This document shows, in pieces, positions 55,431-64,000 of a stretch of 64,000 nt of DNA. Origin of the DNA: Candidatus Ozemobacteraceae bacterium (GTDB taxonomy: Bacteria > Muiribacteriota > Ozemobacteria > Ozemobacterales > Ozemobacteraceae); the NCBI GenBank assembly GCA_035373905.1, contig DAOSOK010000004.1, positions 33,271 to 97,270 on the forward strand, given 5' to 3'. The first letter of the stretch is position 1, and every line of letters starts with the position of its first letter. The notes beneath the pieces are model-generated. The model searched no databases. It was not told the DNA's origin and worked only from the letters and a program-made list of their open reading frames with translations. A program made the translations under genes and the position numbers.

Positions 55431-56261
55431 ATGGGTGTTTTCAGCGAGGGAAGCATCAGGCTTCCGGGGCGGGAGGTTCTCGCGTTCGGCGAATGCGGAA
55501 AAGGCACGCCGGTACTGATGCTTCACGGGAATCCCGGCGACCGGGACGACTGGGCCGGGCCGGCGAAACTTCTCGCCGAGCGCGGGTTCCGGTGCCTGGC
55601 CGTCGACCGGCCGGGGCACGGCCTGAGCAGCCCCCTGCCCGCCGAGCCTGGCCAGGCAGCCGACGCCTGTGCGGCGCTTCTCCGTTCGAACGCGGGCGGC
55701 AAGGCGATCGTCGCGGGGTACTCGATGGGGGCGCACGTTGCACTCGATCTCGCGCAGCGGCATCGGGACCTCGTTTCCGGGGTTTGTCTTGTCGCACCCT
55801 ATCTGATGCCGCGCGACGAGAACGAGCAGCCGTCCGGCCTCCCGGGACTGCTTGACATCCCTCTGCTGAGAGCGGTCCTCGGGTTGCTCCTTCCCATGCT
55901 TGGCGGAGGGAAAATCCGCCGGCACCTCGAAACGACGTTCAAACCGGCTGCCGCCGATCCGGCTCTCGTGGACGAGCTTGCCGGCAGATTCTCCACGTTC
56001 GCTTCGCTCGAGGCGACGCTCAGGGATAAAAATCTGTTTCTCGATACATACAAAAAGGTTCTGGAAGGCACGGCGACGCTCACCTGCCCCGTGCTGATGA
56101 TCACCGGCGCGGAAGATGCCGTTTCGGGAACCGCCAGCGCCGAAGCGATCAGAAAGGCGATTCCGGGCGTTCTTTCCACGGTCGTCGACGGCGGTGGCCA
56201 CGCCCTCCCCTGGACCCACGCGTCGCTCGTCGCCGACCGCATCTCCGGACGATCGGCGTGA
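55431..56261 (+). CDS. alpha/beta-hydrolase-fold protein
   Basis: Nucleophile elbow GYSMGAH, HGNPGD oxyanion region, and a C-terminal ...DGGGHALPW with His. RBS GGAAGGGGAGGG. Confidence 0.75.
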   Translation: MGVFSEGSIRLPGREVLAFGECGKGTPVLMLHGNPGDRDDWAGPAKLLAERGFRCLAVDRPGHGLSSPLPAEPGQAADACAALLRSNAGGKAIVAGYSMGAHVALDLAQRHRDLVSGVCLVAPYLMPRDENEQPSGLPGLLDIPLLRAVLGLLLPMLGGGKIRRHLETTFKPAAADPALVDELAGRFSTFASLEATLRDKNLFLDTYKKVLEGTATLTCPVLMITGAEDAVSGTASAEAIRKAIPGVLSTVVDGGGHALPWTHASLVADRISGRSA

Positions 56262-56374
56262 TGGCTGGCGCTCAACGATTCGTGCGATTGTGAAAACTTT
56301 ATGAAACTCTCGAGGTAATATCTGGGAAGATCGCCAGAAGCAGGTCTTTGTGAATCCCGCAAAGGGGAAACCCT

Positions 56375-56439
56375 CCGTTCGCCCTGAGCCTGTCGAAGGG
56401 CGAGAGCCTCTCGTGCTTCGACAGGCTCGGCACGAACGG
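56375..56439. repeat. hairpin-forming palindromic repeat (near-perfect copy)
   Basis: ccgttcgccctgagcctgtcgaagggcgagagcctctcgtgcttcgacaggctcggcacgaacgg; a 25-bp inverted arm on each side. Confidence 0.6.
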
Positions 56440-56538
56440 GAACGACACATTGGCTATTGTACTGGTATGCAGGAACCAATACCGGGCAGCGTCTGGAAAT
56501 TCATGGGCCTTGAAAACGATGAAAGGATGGATGAAAAC

Positions 56539-57417
56539 ATGATCGAATTGAGAGGGATGTCGGGAATACGGTCGTGGCGGAAGTTTCAACTCTCGACTGC
56601 GATCGTTTGTCTTGCGTTGACCCTGTCCGTGGTATTCATGCCGGGATGTGGCAAGGAGGCTCCGCCGGCTTCAACCCCGCAGGCGGGCGTCGCCGCCCCT
56701 GCCGCGTCGCAGGCTCTCGCTTCCGCGCCCGTGCCGGCTCCGGTCGCCGTGGCTTGGGCAGCCGTTTCCGGCCAGGGCGGGGCGATCGGTCTGCCCGACG
56801 GTTCGAAACGGCAGATCACCGCCGAGGCGACGATCGTTCCCTCCGGCGGCATCGTCGAACTCACCGACGCTTCGTCCGCCGTTCGGCTTGCCTACGACGG
56901 CGGCGGCACGATCGACGTGACGGGCAAAGGCGTCATCCAGAGCCGTTCCGACGGGTTCGAGACGAAGAATGCCGCGTTCACCGCCGCTTTCAAACGCGGC
57001 AGGAAAGGCTTCTCGGTGCGCGTTCCGGGCGCGGTGCTCGGCGTCCGGGGAACGACGATCGGTTTCAACCTGAATGACGGCATCGGCTCCGTCACCCTGG
57101 TCGAAGGCCAGGTCGCCGTCCAGCCCGAGCAGCAGGGCATGGCCGAGTTCGAGTGGCGGGTGGGCCAGACGCTCGCCCTGGCCGCCGGAAAGATCGACAA
57201 GGTCATTCCCGCGAAGGAAGAAGCAACGCCTGTCGTCGAACCCGACACACAGCCTCAGCCTGACAAGCCTGCCGATAAGCCTGCCGACAAGCCGAAGCCC
57301 GAAACCGGCAAGCAGACGACGGAGCCGAAGAGCCCCTTCGAAAACAAGCCCGAATCCGTCTTCCAGCAGCCCGACACGATGACCGGCGACGGCGGCGACG
57401 GCTTCGGCGGCAACTGA
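56539..57417 (+). CDS. FecR-domain protein with a C-terminal Pro/Lys/Asp-rich tail, likely periplasmic
   Basis: Start chosen at the ATG at 56539 (MIELRGMSG...) after AAAGGATGG; the track ORF begins inside the palindromic repeat. FecR-like block VRVPGAVLGVRGTTIGFNLNDGIGSVTLVEGQVAV. Tail PDKPADKPADKPKPE. Confidence 0.5.
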   Translation: MIELRGMSGIRSWRKFQLSTAIVCLALTLSVVFMPGCGKEAPPASTPQAGVAAPAASQALASAPVPAPVAVAWAAVSGQGGAIGLPDGSKRQITAEATIVPSGGIVELTDASSAVRLAYDGGGTIDVTGKGVIQSRSDGFETKNAAFTAAFKRGRKGFSVRVPGAVLGVRGTTIGFNLNDGIGSVTLVEGQVAVQPEQQGMAEFEWRVGQTLALAAGKIDKVIPAKEEATPVVEPDTQPQPDKPADKPADKPKPETGKQTTEPKSPFENKPESVFQQPDTMTGDGGDGFGGN

Positions 57418-57615
57418 CAAAAGAAGACTTCGTCGCGGGAACGCCGAGATATCTTTTCTTGATTCTGTCTCGTCTTTGGGTTGTCTCTGCGTTTCTGCGC
57501 CTCCGCGGATGAATCACTGCGGCGCAGGCGTGATACATTCCCGGTATCGCCGTGGTATCATGAGGGGGGACCGGCTCTTCTTCTGCCGGTCCCTCGCAAA
57601 TTTGACGGAGATTCG

Positions 57616-59724
57616 ATGCCAGAACCGATGACCGGCCCCACGTGGAATACGCAGCGACCGGCGGCCCTCGCCGCGCGTCGCGGCTTTCTCCTGCCGGCCA
57701 TCGTTCTCATCGCGCTCGTACTAGCCCTGATGTTCGGCGCCCTCAGCTACATGACGAGAGGCCAGGTGCATAGTGCCGCATATTTTATCGACGCCAGTCG
57801 GGCGCTCGGGCTTGCCGAAGCGGGGGCGGGGTGGGCGATCGCCGCCCTTGCCAGCGGATCGTACACCGAGTCGCCGCCGTTCGTCCGTCGCGCTTTCTAC
57901 GACGCCATGTTCAGCGATGGCGGAACCGACTACGAGGGCGACGTCGAGCCGTGCGACGAGTTGAAGCAGTATATCAACAAACTGGGCGGCGATCTGTCGC
58001 TTCGGGTGCGGCTTTCCCGGTGGCAGCCGCTCGTCGCGGGAGCGCCGGGCTTCAAGAACGATCCGGTCGAGAAGATGGGCCGCATCGACGTGGAGGCCGT
58101 CGCCGAGGTGGGAAACGCCCGCCGGAAGGTCCGCATGAGCCGCGGGGTCAAGGTGTATCTCGCGGTGCATCCGGTGATCGGGAAGTTCACCTGCTTCATC
58201 CGGAAGAAGCCCGCTTCCGACGATCTGGTGAACGCCCTCGAACGCACGACGAACGGCGCCGGCTTCACGAACGGCACCCCGCTGGTGCTGAACAATCGCG
58301 GCGCCGGCAACGGATTCAACGTGGTGACTCCGGCTCTCGACCTTGGTGCTCTTCCGGACCTCAACGAACTGTCCAAATCATCCGGGTGGGTGTTCCTCAA
58401 TTCCGACACCGCTCCTTGGACGCTGAACCTCGCAGGTTCCGCCAATGACACCGATTACGACGACCGGTCGATGCTCCGGTTCGGGGCCTACAGCAACGAT
58501 GCTCTGCTGACGGCGGTCAACACCCCCCCGCAGGCCGGCGGGACGACGGTGACGCAGGTCAACGAGAAGTTCCAGGGCCTGAAACGCGATTACACGATCA
58601 GCAAGGGCGGCTCCGTCGTCGTCGCATCCGACTTCCTGAGCGTTCGGCATCTGTTCCCGTCCCTGCCCAAGGCCAGCATCATCCGGCCGTTCGGTACGAA
58701 CGGCGACCTGTCGCCGACCCTGCTGTTCGGGCCCGTTCTCAGGCGGTATCTTCGGGTGCGGTCGGTGGATTGCAAGATCAACATTTCCGGAGTGGACAAG
58801 ACGTTCAAGGAAGTCGGCGTTCCCGGTTTCCCCGACGAGTCGAGCTTCAAGCAGGCCTTCCTTCACCCCCCGACCTCGCCGCGGGACTACGCCGACGATT
58901 TTGTTCTATACGCACAATTATGGAACATGATCGCCGACGCGCCGGGTCTCGCCGCCGGCTGGAACAAGTGGCGGAGTTCCCAGACGACGCTGGTGTCGGA
59001 GCCGTTCATCGAGGGGCTGAACTATCTGGCTGTCGCCGAACGGGAAACCGGGACGGTGCAAAACCCCGTGTCGAAGGCATACACCGACCCGCCACCCGAC
59101 GTCGTCACCGGCCTCGACCTCTGGGCGGGAGGGTCGGAAGGGCTTCGAAAGGCGGAAGGCATCTTCGGCGCTTCCGGAAAACCCCTGTTCGAAGGGGGGC
59201 TGGGCGAGATCGAGGGGATACGGGAATTCGGACCGAAGATCACCGCCATGTATGCCGCGCCGAAGGCGTATCTCGACAGGCATCTCGACCAGTCCGGCAA
59301 CATTGCGGTGGCCGGGGTCGTGTATCTCGGGCCTGAAGACCTGCTCATCGACAGGAAGTGGAACGTGACGGCAGGCGGCGTGCTCGTCGTCGGCGGAAAC
59401 ATCGACATTCGGGCCGGCATCCGGTCCGCAGAGCCCCTGACGCTGGTCAGCACTGAAAATATAACGATAGATACATCCGAGCCGGTCGAAGCGCAGTTGA
59501 TCTGCCTGCGCGGAAAATTCACGCCCCGTAACGCCTTCACGATCAGAGGCGGCGTCGCGGCGGGAGAGATCGATCTGACCAATATGGTCAACTCTCAGAA
59601 GAAGCAGATCAACTGGGACTCCAGGTTCGATCCGTACGCCGTTTCCTCGGCCATGTCGGTCGGCTCCCCCTATCGGTACAGGGTGTCCGAAGAGGAGGAA
59701 TATGTCGTCGAACCCGGCAAGTAA
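57616..59724 (+). CDS. large (~700 aa) N-terminally membrane-anchored hypothetical protein opening the third pseudopilin cluster
   Basis: ATG at 57616 (MPEPMTG...RRGFLLPAIVLIALVLALMFGALSYM). No catalytic motifs. The C-terminal part is Gly/Val-rich and beta-helix-like (VAGVVYLGPEDLLIDRKWNVTAGGVLVVGGNIDIRAGIRS). Confidence 0.45.
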   Translation: MPEPMTGPTWNTQRPAALAARRGFLLPAIVLIALVLALMFGALSYMTRGQVHSAAYFIDASRALGLAEAGAGWAIAALASGSYTESPPFVRRAFYDAMFSDGGTDYEGDVEPCDELKQYINKLGGDLSLRVRLSRWQPLVAGAPGFKNDPVEKMGRIDVEAVAEVGNARRKVRMSRGVKVYLAVHPVIGKFTCFIRKKPASDDLVNALERTTNGAGFTNGTPLVLNNRGAGNGFNVVTPALDLGALPDLNELSKSSGWVFLNSDTAPWTLNLAGSANDTDYDDRSMLRFGAYSNDALLTAVNTPPQAGGTTVTQVNEKFQGLKRDYTISKGGSVVVASDFLSVRHLFPSLPKASIIRPFGTNGDLSPTLLFGPVLRRYLRVRSVDCKINISGVDKTFKEVGVPGFPDESSFKQAFLHPPTSPRDYADDFVLYAQLWNMIADAPGLAAGWNKWRSSQTTLVSEPFIEGLNYLAVAERETGTVQNPVSKAYTDPPPDVVTGLDLWAGGSEGLRKAEGIFGASGKPLFEGGLGEIEGIREFGPKITAMYAAPKAYLDRHLDQSGNIAVAGVVYLGPEDLLIDRKWNVTAGGVLVVGGNIDIRAGIRSAEPLTLVSTENITIDTSEPVEAQLICLRGKFTPRNAFTIRGGVAAGEIDLTNMVNSQKKQINWDSRFDPYAVSSAMSVGSPYRYRVSEEEEYVVEPGK

Positions 59725-60139
59725 CCGCATTCCAGACATCCGCACGCCGATCCCGAAGGGGGGGCGTGGTTTCACGATGATCGAACTCGTGGTCGTGGTG
59801 CTGGTTCTGACGTTGGTCGCCGGGGCGTATTTCTACGTCTGGCGCCAGCAGGGGCGTCTCTCGGCGAGCGACCAGGATGTCGCCGCGTATTACATGGCGG
59901 CGGCATCGTTCATGGACGTGTTCTACAGCGACACCAGAATGGCCCGCAGGATCGAGCCGACAACGGACGGCTGCATCATGGAAGTCATGACGTCCGGCGG
60001 CCTCCAGCAGGTGACGTACACCCTGCGAGACAACGGCATCGAGCGACTCATGAGCGGCAAGACGAAAGTGTACACGTTCGGGAAGCCGTTGCGCGAAAAT
60101 GCGAAGGTGCTCTTCCGTGTCCGGGAATTGGCTCCCTGA
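59702..60139 (+). CDS. prepilin-type N-terminal cleavage/methylation domain protein (pseudopilin-like)
   Basis: ...KGGRG|FTMIELVVVVLVLTLVAG; overlaps the upstream gene end. Confidence 0.65.
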   Translation: MSSNPASNRIPDIRTPIPKGGRGFTMIELVVVVLVLTLVAGAYFYVWRQQGRLSASDQDVAAYYMAAASFMDVFYSDTRMARRIEPTTDGCIMEVMTSGGLQQVTYTLRDNGIERLMSGKTKVYTFGKPLRENAKVLFRVRELAP

Positions 60140-60193
60140 CCGTGCGTGAAAGCGAGATTGGCCCGTGAACCATCCAACAAGGAGGTCGTTGCC

Positions 60194-60952
60194 GTGAATC
60201 GGTCTTTCGACAATGTCGTGTTCCGAGGCGCGTGTGCCCTTGCCCTGGCGTTCTGGCTGGCTGGCGCCGCGCTGGCGGTCGCCGCAGAGCCGAAGCCGCG
60301 GTATGGCGTCACCTTCGGACAGGAAGGGAACGAAGTCGAGATGCAGGTCGTTCCCGCCCGCCTGGGGGTCGCCTCGAACGCGATGCCGGCCCCGGCCGAC
60401 CCGTCGGTGCAGGGCATCGTCGCTGCCCCTTCGAAACGGCCGACGGCGCCCCTTTCCACGAGCGCTCCGGCAACTCCCGTCGAATTGAAATCCGAGTCGG
60501 TTGCGGACTACAAGGAGGACGGATTCGACGTCAGCGTCGATGATGTGGCGGGCGAGGCCGTCGCGAATGACCTGGACGCCTCCGGCAAACTTTCACTCGC
60601 GATCCTGTTCAACAACGATTCCCATGAGGTCGACCTGTCGGATGCGAAGACGATGAAAACCCTCAACAGCATCCTGAAGATGATGAAATGCCGGGCGACC
60701 CTCAAGATTCTCATCGAGGGATATGTCGATTATACGGGCACCATGGAATGGCATGCGCTGGGCAAGGCGCCCGACTTTGGCCAGGCCACATCGGAAGCCC
60801 GTGCCTATGCCGTGAAAAAATGGCTTGTCGACAACGGAATCTCCTCGCTCAGAATATCCTGCGTCGGAAAAGGGATGCGAGGCGCAGAGGGCGATTCCGA
60901 GGCGCAGCAGAAGCTGAACCGGCGCGTCGATATCGTGAAACTGTCCGAATGA
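60194..60952 (+). CDS. OmpA-family peptidoglycan-binding-domain protein (copy 1 of a tandem pair)
   Basis: GTG at 60194 with a perfect AAGGAGG RBS and signal peptide. C-terminal OmpA-like domain (IEGYVDYTG...ARAYAVKKWLVDNGIS...NRRVDIVKL). Confidence 0.7.
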   Translation: MNRSFDNVVFRGACALALAFWLAGAALAVAAEPKPRYGVTFGQEGNEVEMQVVPARLGVASNAMPAPADPSVQGIVAAPSKRPTAPLSTSAPATPVELKSESVADYKEDGFDVSVDDVAGEAVANDLDASGKLSLAILFNNDSHEVDLSDAKTMKTLNSILKMMKCRATLKILIEGYVDYTGTMEWHALGKAPDFGQATSEARAYAVKKWLVDNGISSLRISCVGKGMRGAEGDSEAQQKLNRRVDIVKLSE

Positions 60953-61007
60953 GTCCTCAGGCGCGGAACGGCGGATCCGTCGCCGGGTGGCATACGGGAG
61001 GGAAAGG

Positions 61008-61721
61008 ATGCGGAAGATGGCTGATGACGTGTGGTGCCGGACGGCGTTCGTCTCGCTCGGCACGGCCGTGTTCATGATCGTTGCCGCCTCTGCCGGCGCC
61101 CAGCCCCACCGATATGGGGTTGTGTTCGGCCAGCAGGGAAACGAGGTCGAGATGCAGGTGGTGCCGGCCCGCTCCGGGATCGCCACGAGCCCCATGCCGT
61201 ATCCGGGGGACACTGCCGTGACGGCGATCGTCGGCGCCCCCGTGAAACGACCGACCGGCGCCCTCCCTCCGAAACCCGCTGAAATGCCGGTTCCCCTCAA
61301 ATCCCAGTCGGTGTCGGAATACAAGGAGGACGGGTTCGACGTCAGCATCGACGGGGTCTCCGGAGAAGCGTTCGCGCAGAAGCTCGACGCGGCGGGAAAG
61401 GTGTCCGTCGACATCCTGTTCGATTTCGATCAGGCGACGATCAAGGCCGAATCCGTTCCGGCGCTCAACGCGATTCGCTGCATGCTGAAAAACAACCCGG
61501 AGCAGAGAATCCGGGTTGAAGGGTATACGGACTACCGGGGTCCGGTCGATTACAATTTCGAACTGTCCGTGCAGCGGGCGTATGCCGTCAAGCGGTGGCT
61601 CGTCGAGCGAGGCATCGAATCGACCCGGATCGATTACGTGGGAAAGGGACAGCGCGGCGAGGCCGGCGACTCCGAGGCCCAGCAGGCCCTGAACAGACGC
61701 GTCGACATCGTTAAACTGTAG
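61008..61721 (+). CDS. OmpA-family peptidoglycan-binding-domain protein (copy 2, paralog of 60194-60952)
   Basis: RBS GGGAGGGAAAGG. The N-terminal mature region is about 55-60% identical to copy 1 (RYGV.FGQ.GNEVEMQVVPAR.G.A...P.P.D). OmpA-like C-terminus (VEGYTDYRGPVDYNFELSVQRAYAVKRWLVERGIES...NRRVDIVKL). Confidence 0.7.
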   Translation: MRKMADDVWCRTAFVSLGTAVFMIVAASAGAQPHRYGVVFGQQGNEVEMQVVPARSGIATSPMPYPGDTAVTAIVGAPVKRPTGALPPKPAEMPVPLKSQSVSEYKEDGFDVSIDGVSGEAFAQKLDAAGKVSVDILFDFDQATIKAESVPALNAIRCMLKNNPEQRIRVEGYTDYRGPVDYNFELSVQRAYAVKRWLVERGIESTRIDYVGKGQRGEAGDSEAQQALNRRVDIVKL

Positions 61722-61722
61722 T

Positions 61723-62205
61723 GTGTATAACGTGAAATATATAATATTCGAAGACAGCTATTGCCGAAGGGGACGAAACGGCCGGGGCATCCGCGGCCGC
61801 GGCTTCACGCTCGTGGAGCTCGTCGTCGCGATGATCGTGCTGGCGGTGCTGCTGCTGCCCCTCGTCAGGCACTTCGTCAGCACGCGACGCGTCTCGATCG
61901 CGGCGCGCGACGCCGTCGTGGCGAACTCGCAGCTCCTCTCCTGCCTCGCCGACTTCCAGGCGATGAGGTTCGATGAGATTGCGAACGCCACGAACGCGAC
62001 GTTCACGAGGGTGTTCCAGCGCTGGGACGGCGACCGGACGGTCGGCAGCGTGACGTATCACATGTCGGTCAACGTGAGCGCCGGGGCCGACCCGCGTTAC
62101 AGGCTCATCGACGTCGAGACGCAGTTTCGCATGCCCGGGGCTCCCGCCAATGCGCCGAAACGCAAGATGAGCATCAAGGGGTTCGCCTATGCGCCGCCGA
62201 ACTGA
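61723..62205 (+). CDS. prepilin-type N-terminal cleavage/methylation domain protein (pseudopilin-like)
   Basis: ...RGRG|FTLVELVVAMIVLAVLLLPL; GTG start, exact start uncertain. Confidence 0.6.
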   Translation: MYNVKYIIFEDSYCRRGRNGRGIRGRGFTLVELVVAMIVLAVLLLPLVRHFVSTRRVSIAARDAVVANSQLLSCLADFQAMRFDEIANATNATFTRVFQRWDGDRTVGSVTYHMSVNVSAGADPRYRLIDVETQFRMPGAPANAPKRKMSIKGFAYAPPN

Positions 62206-62743
62206 ACCCCGTTCCAGGGGCGGCTTCACCATGACCGAACTCCTGGCCTACATCTTCGGAGCGGCGATCCTGCTGACCCTCGTCATGGGAATCTTCTCGA
62301 AACTCGGCCGCCAGAGCCATACGGGATCGCAGCAAGCGCACGTCCAGACCGTCTTCCTGGCGCTCGGAAACCGGCTCGAGAAAGACCTCGCCGGTTGTCT
62401 CGACTGGCGCACAGACTTTCACCTCGGCGGCGAAATGTCGCTGATCGTCGTCCGGCCCGAGGGAACGATAACGTATGATACATATCCGTCCCGAAGCGAG
62501 GTCGAGCGCGGGTCGAAAGCCGGGACCGAGGTATTCCGGTTCTGGACCGGCGCGCCGATGAAATGCGAGACGCTCGAACTGAACAGCGGCGCGAAGAAGA
62601 ACAAGTCCGTCAAAATGGGCATCAGCATGCCGGGGTCGCCTCCCATCGTGATCGAACGGTCCCTGCCCATCCATCCTTCGACGACGAAGACGGGAAACGC
62701 CGAGACCGCCGAAGGCTTTTTCCCCGTCGCCAGCATGCCGTAA
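62189..62743 (+). CDS. prepilin-type N-terminal cleavage/methylation domain protein (pseudopilin-like)
   Basis: MRRRTEPRSRGG|FTMTELLAYIFGAAILLTLVMG; overlaps the upstream gene end. Confidence 0.65.
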   Translation: MRRRTEPRSRGGFTMTELLAYIFGAAILLTLVMGIFSKLGRQSHTGSQQAHVQTVFLALGNRLEKDLAGCLDWRTDFHLGGEMSLIVVRPEGTITYDTYPSRSEVERGSKAGTEVFRFWTGAPMKCETLELNSGAKKNKSVKMGISMPGSPPIVIERSLPIHPSTTKTGNAETAEGFFPVASMP

Positions 62744-62757
62744 CGGGCCGGGCACTT

Positions 62758-62825
62758 CCGTTCGCCCTGAGCCTGCCGAAGGGGGCGAGATTCCGTTCGT
62801 GGTTCGACGGGCTCACCACGAACGG
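62758..62825. repeat. palindromic repeat copy (diverged)
   Basis: ccgttcgccctgagcctgccgaagggggcgagattccgttcgtggttcgacgggctcaccacgaacgg. Confidence 0.55.
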
Positions 62826-62916
62826 GATCGGGGACTGAACGCCCAGAACGTATTACTGCTCGTCTCATATGTTAGACGACGGGTATCATGAGTGAAATGA
62901 GTGCGTCCGGACCGAC

Positions 62917-62980
62917 ATGATACATCCGTTCGCCCTGAGCTTGTCGAAGGGCGAGAGCATTCGTGCTTCGACAGGCTCAG
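62917..62980. repeat. palindromic repeat copy (near-perfect)
   Basis: ccgttcgccctgagcttgtcgaagggcgagagcattcgtgcttcgacaggctcagcgcgaacgg; two copies lie within 230 bp here. Confidence 0.6.
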
Positions 62981-63103
62981 CGCGAACGGTACCGAAAGTG
63001 CATGTGGTTGTCGTGTTCCTTTTGAGACAAGGAGGAGAATGTATATATACGATGACCGGCCCCGGGAGATGCTTTCGGGGCCGGTCGTGTCATCCGGATT
63101 CCG

Positions 63104-64000
63104 TCAGGAGCCCTTGATGTGCGTGAGGGCCCGTTCGGCCTCCTCGCGGCTCTCGTAGATGTAGGGCGAAACGCCCCGCTCGCTCAGCGCCTCGCCGAGT
63201 TTCACCCGCAGGAAGGCGCTGGTCGTGTATCGCGTGACGCCGCTGTAATACGTCTTGACGAGCCGCTCGACCATGGACGTGTAGCTGTCCACGAGATCGG
63301 GCGAGATCGTGAAATGGTCGTAGTTGACGATCGCGCCGACCTTTTTGCCGAGCGGCTTGATGAGCGCGGCCACAGCCTCCTCGATCTGGGTGATCTGCGT
63401 TTCGGACTTGATGTTGTAGCCCTCGAAGTTCACGAACAGCACGCCCTGCTGCGCGTTCAGCGTCAGGCGGGCCGAGAGCGGCACGGTGAGCAGCGCGTCG
63501 CGAAGGCCCATCGGGCCGTCCTGGAAGATGCGCGGATCCATCAGCTTCGGCGGGCTCTTGATGACGGGCTGGAACTCCATCTGGGCGAGGATGTCGCGCT
63601 CGAGATCGATGCCCGGTGCGATCTCGACCAGCTCCATGCCTTCGGGGGTGAGGCGGAACACGGCGCGCTCGGTGATGTACAACACCGGCTGCTGGCGCAG
63701 CACGGCGTGTTTTCCGCTGAACGTGACGTGCTCGACGTGCTGGATGAACTTCTTCGCCTTGCCTTCGCTCTTCACGGTCAGCTTGCCGTCGACGATTCCG
63801 AGCTCGAGCTTGCCCGCGGTGAACGTTCCGACGAAGACGACCTTCTTTGCATTCTGACTGATATTGATGAAGCCGCCGGCGCCGGCGAGGCGCGGGCCGA
63901 ACTTGCTGACGTTCAGGTTGCCCTCTCGGTCGGTCTGGGCGAGGCCCAGGAACGCCACGTCGAGGCCGCCCCCGTCGTAGAAGTCGAACTGATACGGCTG
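63104..64000 (-). CDS. C-terminal part of an acyl-CoA:acetate/3-ketoacid CoA-transferase family protein (propionate CoA-transferase-like); 5' end lies beyond the window
   Basis: The reading frame continues without a stop to the window edge. Conserved block [25 protein letters not shown]..., typical of the C-terminal domain of family-I CoA-transferases. Confidence 0.65.
   Translation of the reverse strand, partial: QPYQFDFYDGGGLDVAFLGLAQTDREGNLNVSKFGPRLAGAGGFINISQNAKKVVFVGTFTAGKLELGIVDGKLTVKSEGKAKKFIQHVEHVTFSGKHAVLRQQPVLYITERAVFRLTPEGMELVEIAPGIDLERDILAQMEFQPVIKSPPKLMDPRIFQDGPMGLRDALLTVPLSARLTLNAQQGVLFVNFEGYNIKSETQITQIEEAVAALIKPLGKKVGAIVNYDHFTISPDLVDSYTSMVERLVKTYYSGVTRYTTSAFLRVKLGEALSERGVSPYIYESREEAERALTHIKGS

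Noticed and set aside
56350-56538. 5' part of ORF 56350..57417, and ORFs 62917..63117, 62901..63158 and 62419..62868, translating to PFALSLSKGE..., RPEPVEGRE..., FDRLRANG...
   Set aside because: These are translations of the palindromic repeat copies, not genes; the same peptide strings recur wherever the repeat occurs.
1-64000. CRISPR arrays, integrases/transposases, prophage genes, rRNA/tRNA genes
   Set aside because: No regularly spaced direct repeats with unique spacers were found; the dispersed repeats are irregular palindromes. No recombinase or phage structural motifs, and no rRNA/tRNA-like sequence, were recognised by eye.

Overview
This is a high-GC chromosomal window dense with genes; coding runs on both strands, and most overlapping antisense ORFs in the track are GC-driven artefacts. 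The recognisable backbone is housekeeping. It includes a partial CBS/CorC gene, DUF502, DUF3048, era, a sigma54-dependent response regulator with a sigma54 promoter driving a PtsN-like EIIA and an anti-sigma-kinase-like gene, and ndk. A complete V/A-type ATPase operon follows (E, DUF2764-like, A, B, D, I, K). The backbone continues with glmM, an isochorismatase, a P-loop protein, a four-subunit 2-oxoacid:ferredoxin oxidoreductase (delta, alpha, beta, gamma) plus an orphan second gamma copy, an ABC-F ATPase, rsfS, rsmE, a MiaB/MtaB-like radical-SAM enzyme, and a partial CoA-transferase at the end. Accessory content is substantial. Three separate clusters of prepilin-type (pseudopilin-like) genes each carry a very large secreted or membrane-anchored protein, and none is accompanied by an ATPase or secretin in the window. 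One of these clusters contains tandem OmpA-domain paralogs. Two putative outer-membrane beta-barrel proteins are present. A FapA(DUF342) gene is paired with an SLH/Ig-like surface protein. A hairpin-forming ~65 bp palindromic repeat family has at least six copies, two of them embedded in larger MITE-like elements in inverted orientation. The most unusual item is a 1004-aa single polypeptide that fuses an acyl-AMP ligase (adenylation) domain, a phosphopantetheine carrier domain and a complete class-I HMG-CoA-reductase-like catalytic domain. It is followed by a stand-alone formyltransferase-fold protein and an alpha/beta hydrolase, and the locus is bracketed by two palindromic repeat copies. No rRNA, tRNA, CRISPR array, transposase or integrase was recognised. 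Gene content tentatively suggests a PVC-superphylum-like Gram-negative bacterium, but this is a low-confidence inference from the V-ATPase with a DUF2764 gene, the very many prepilin-like proteins, and the OMPs ending in Phe.
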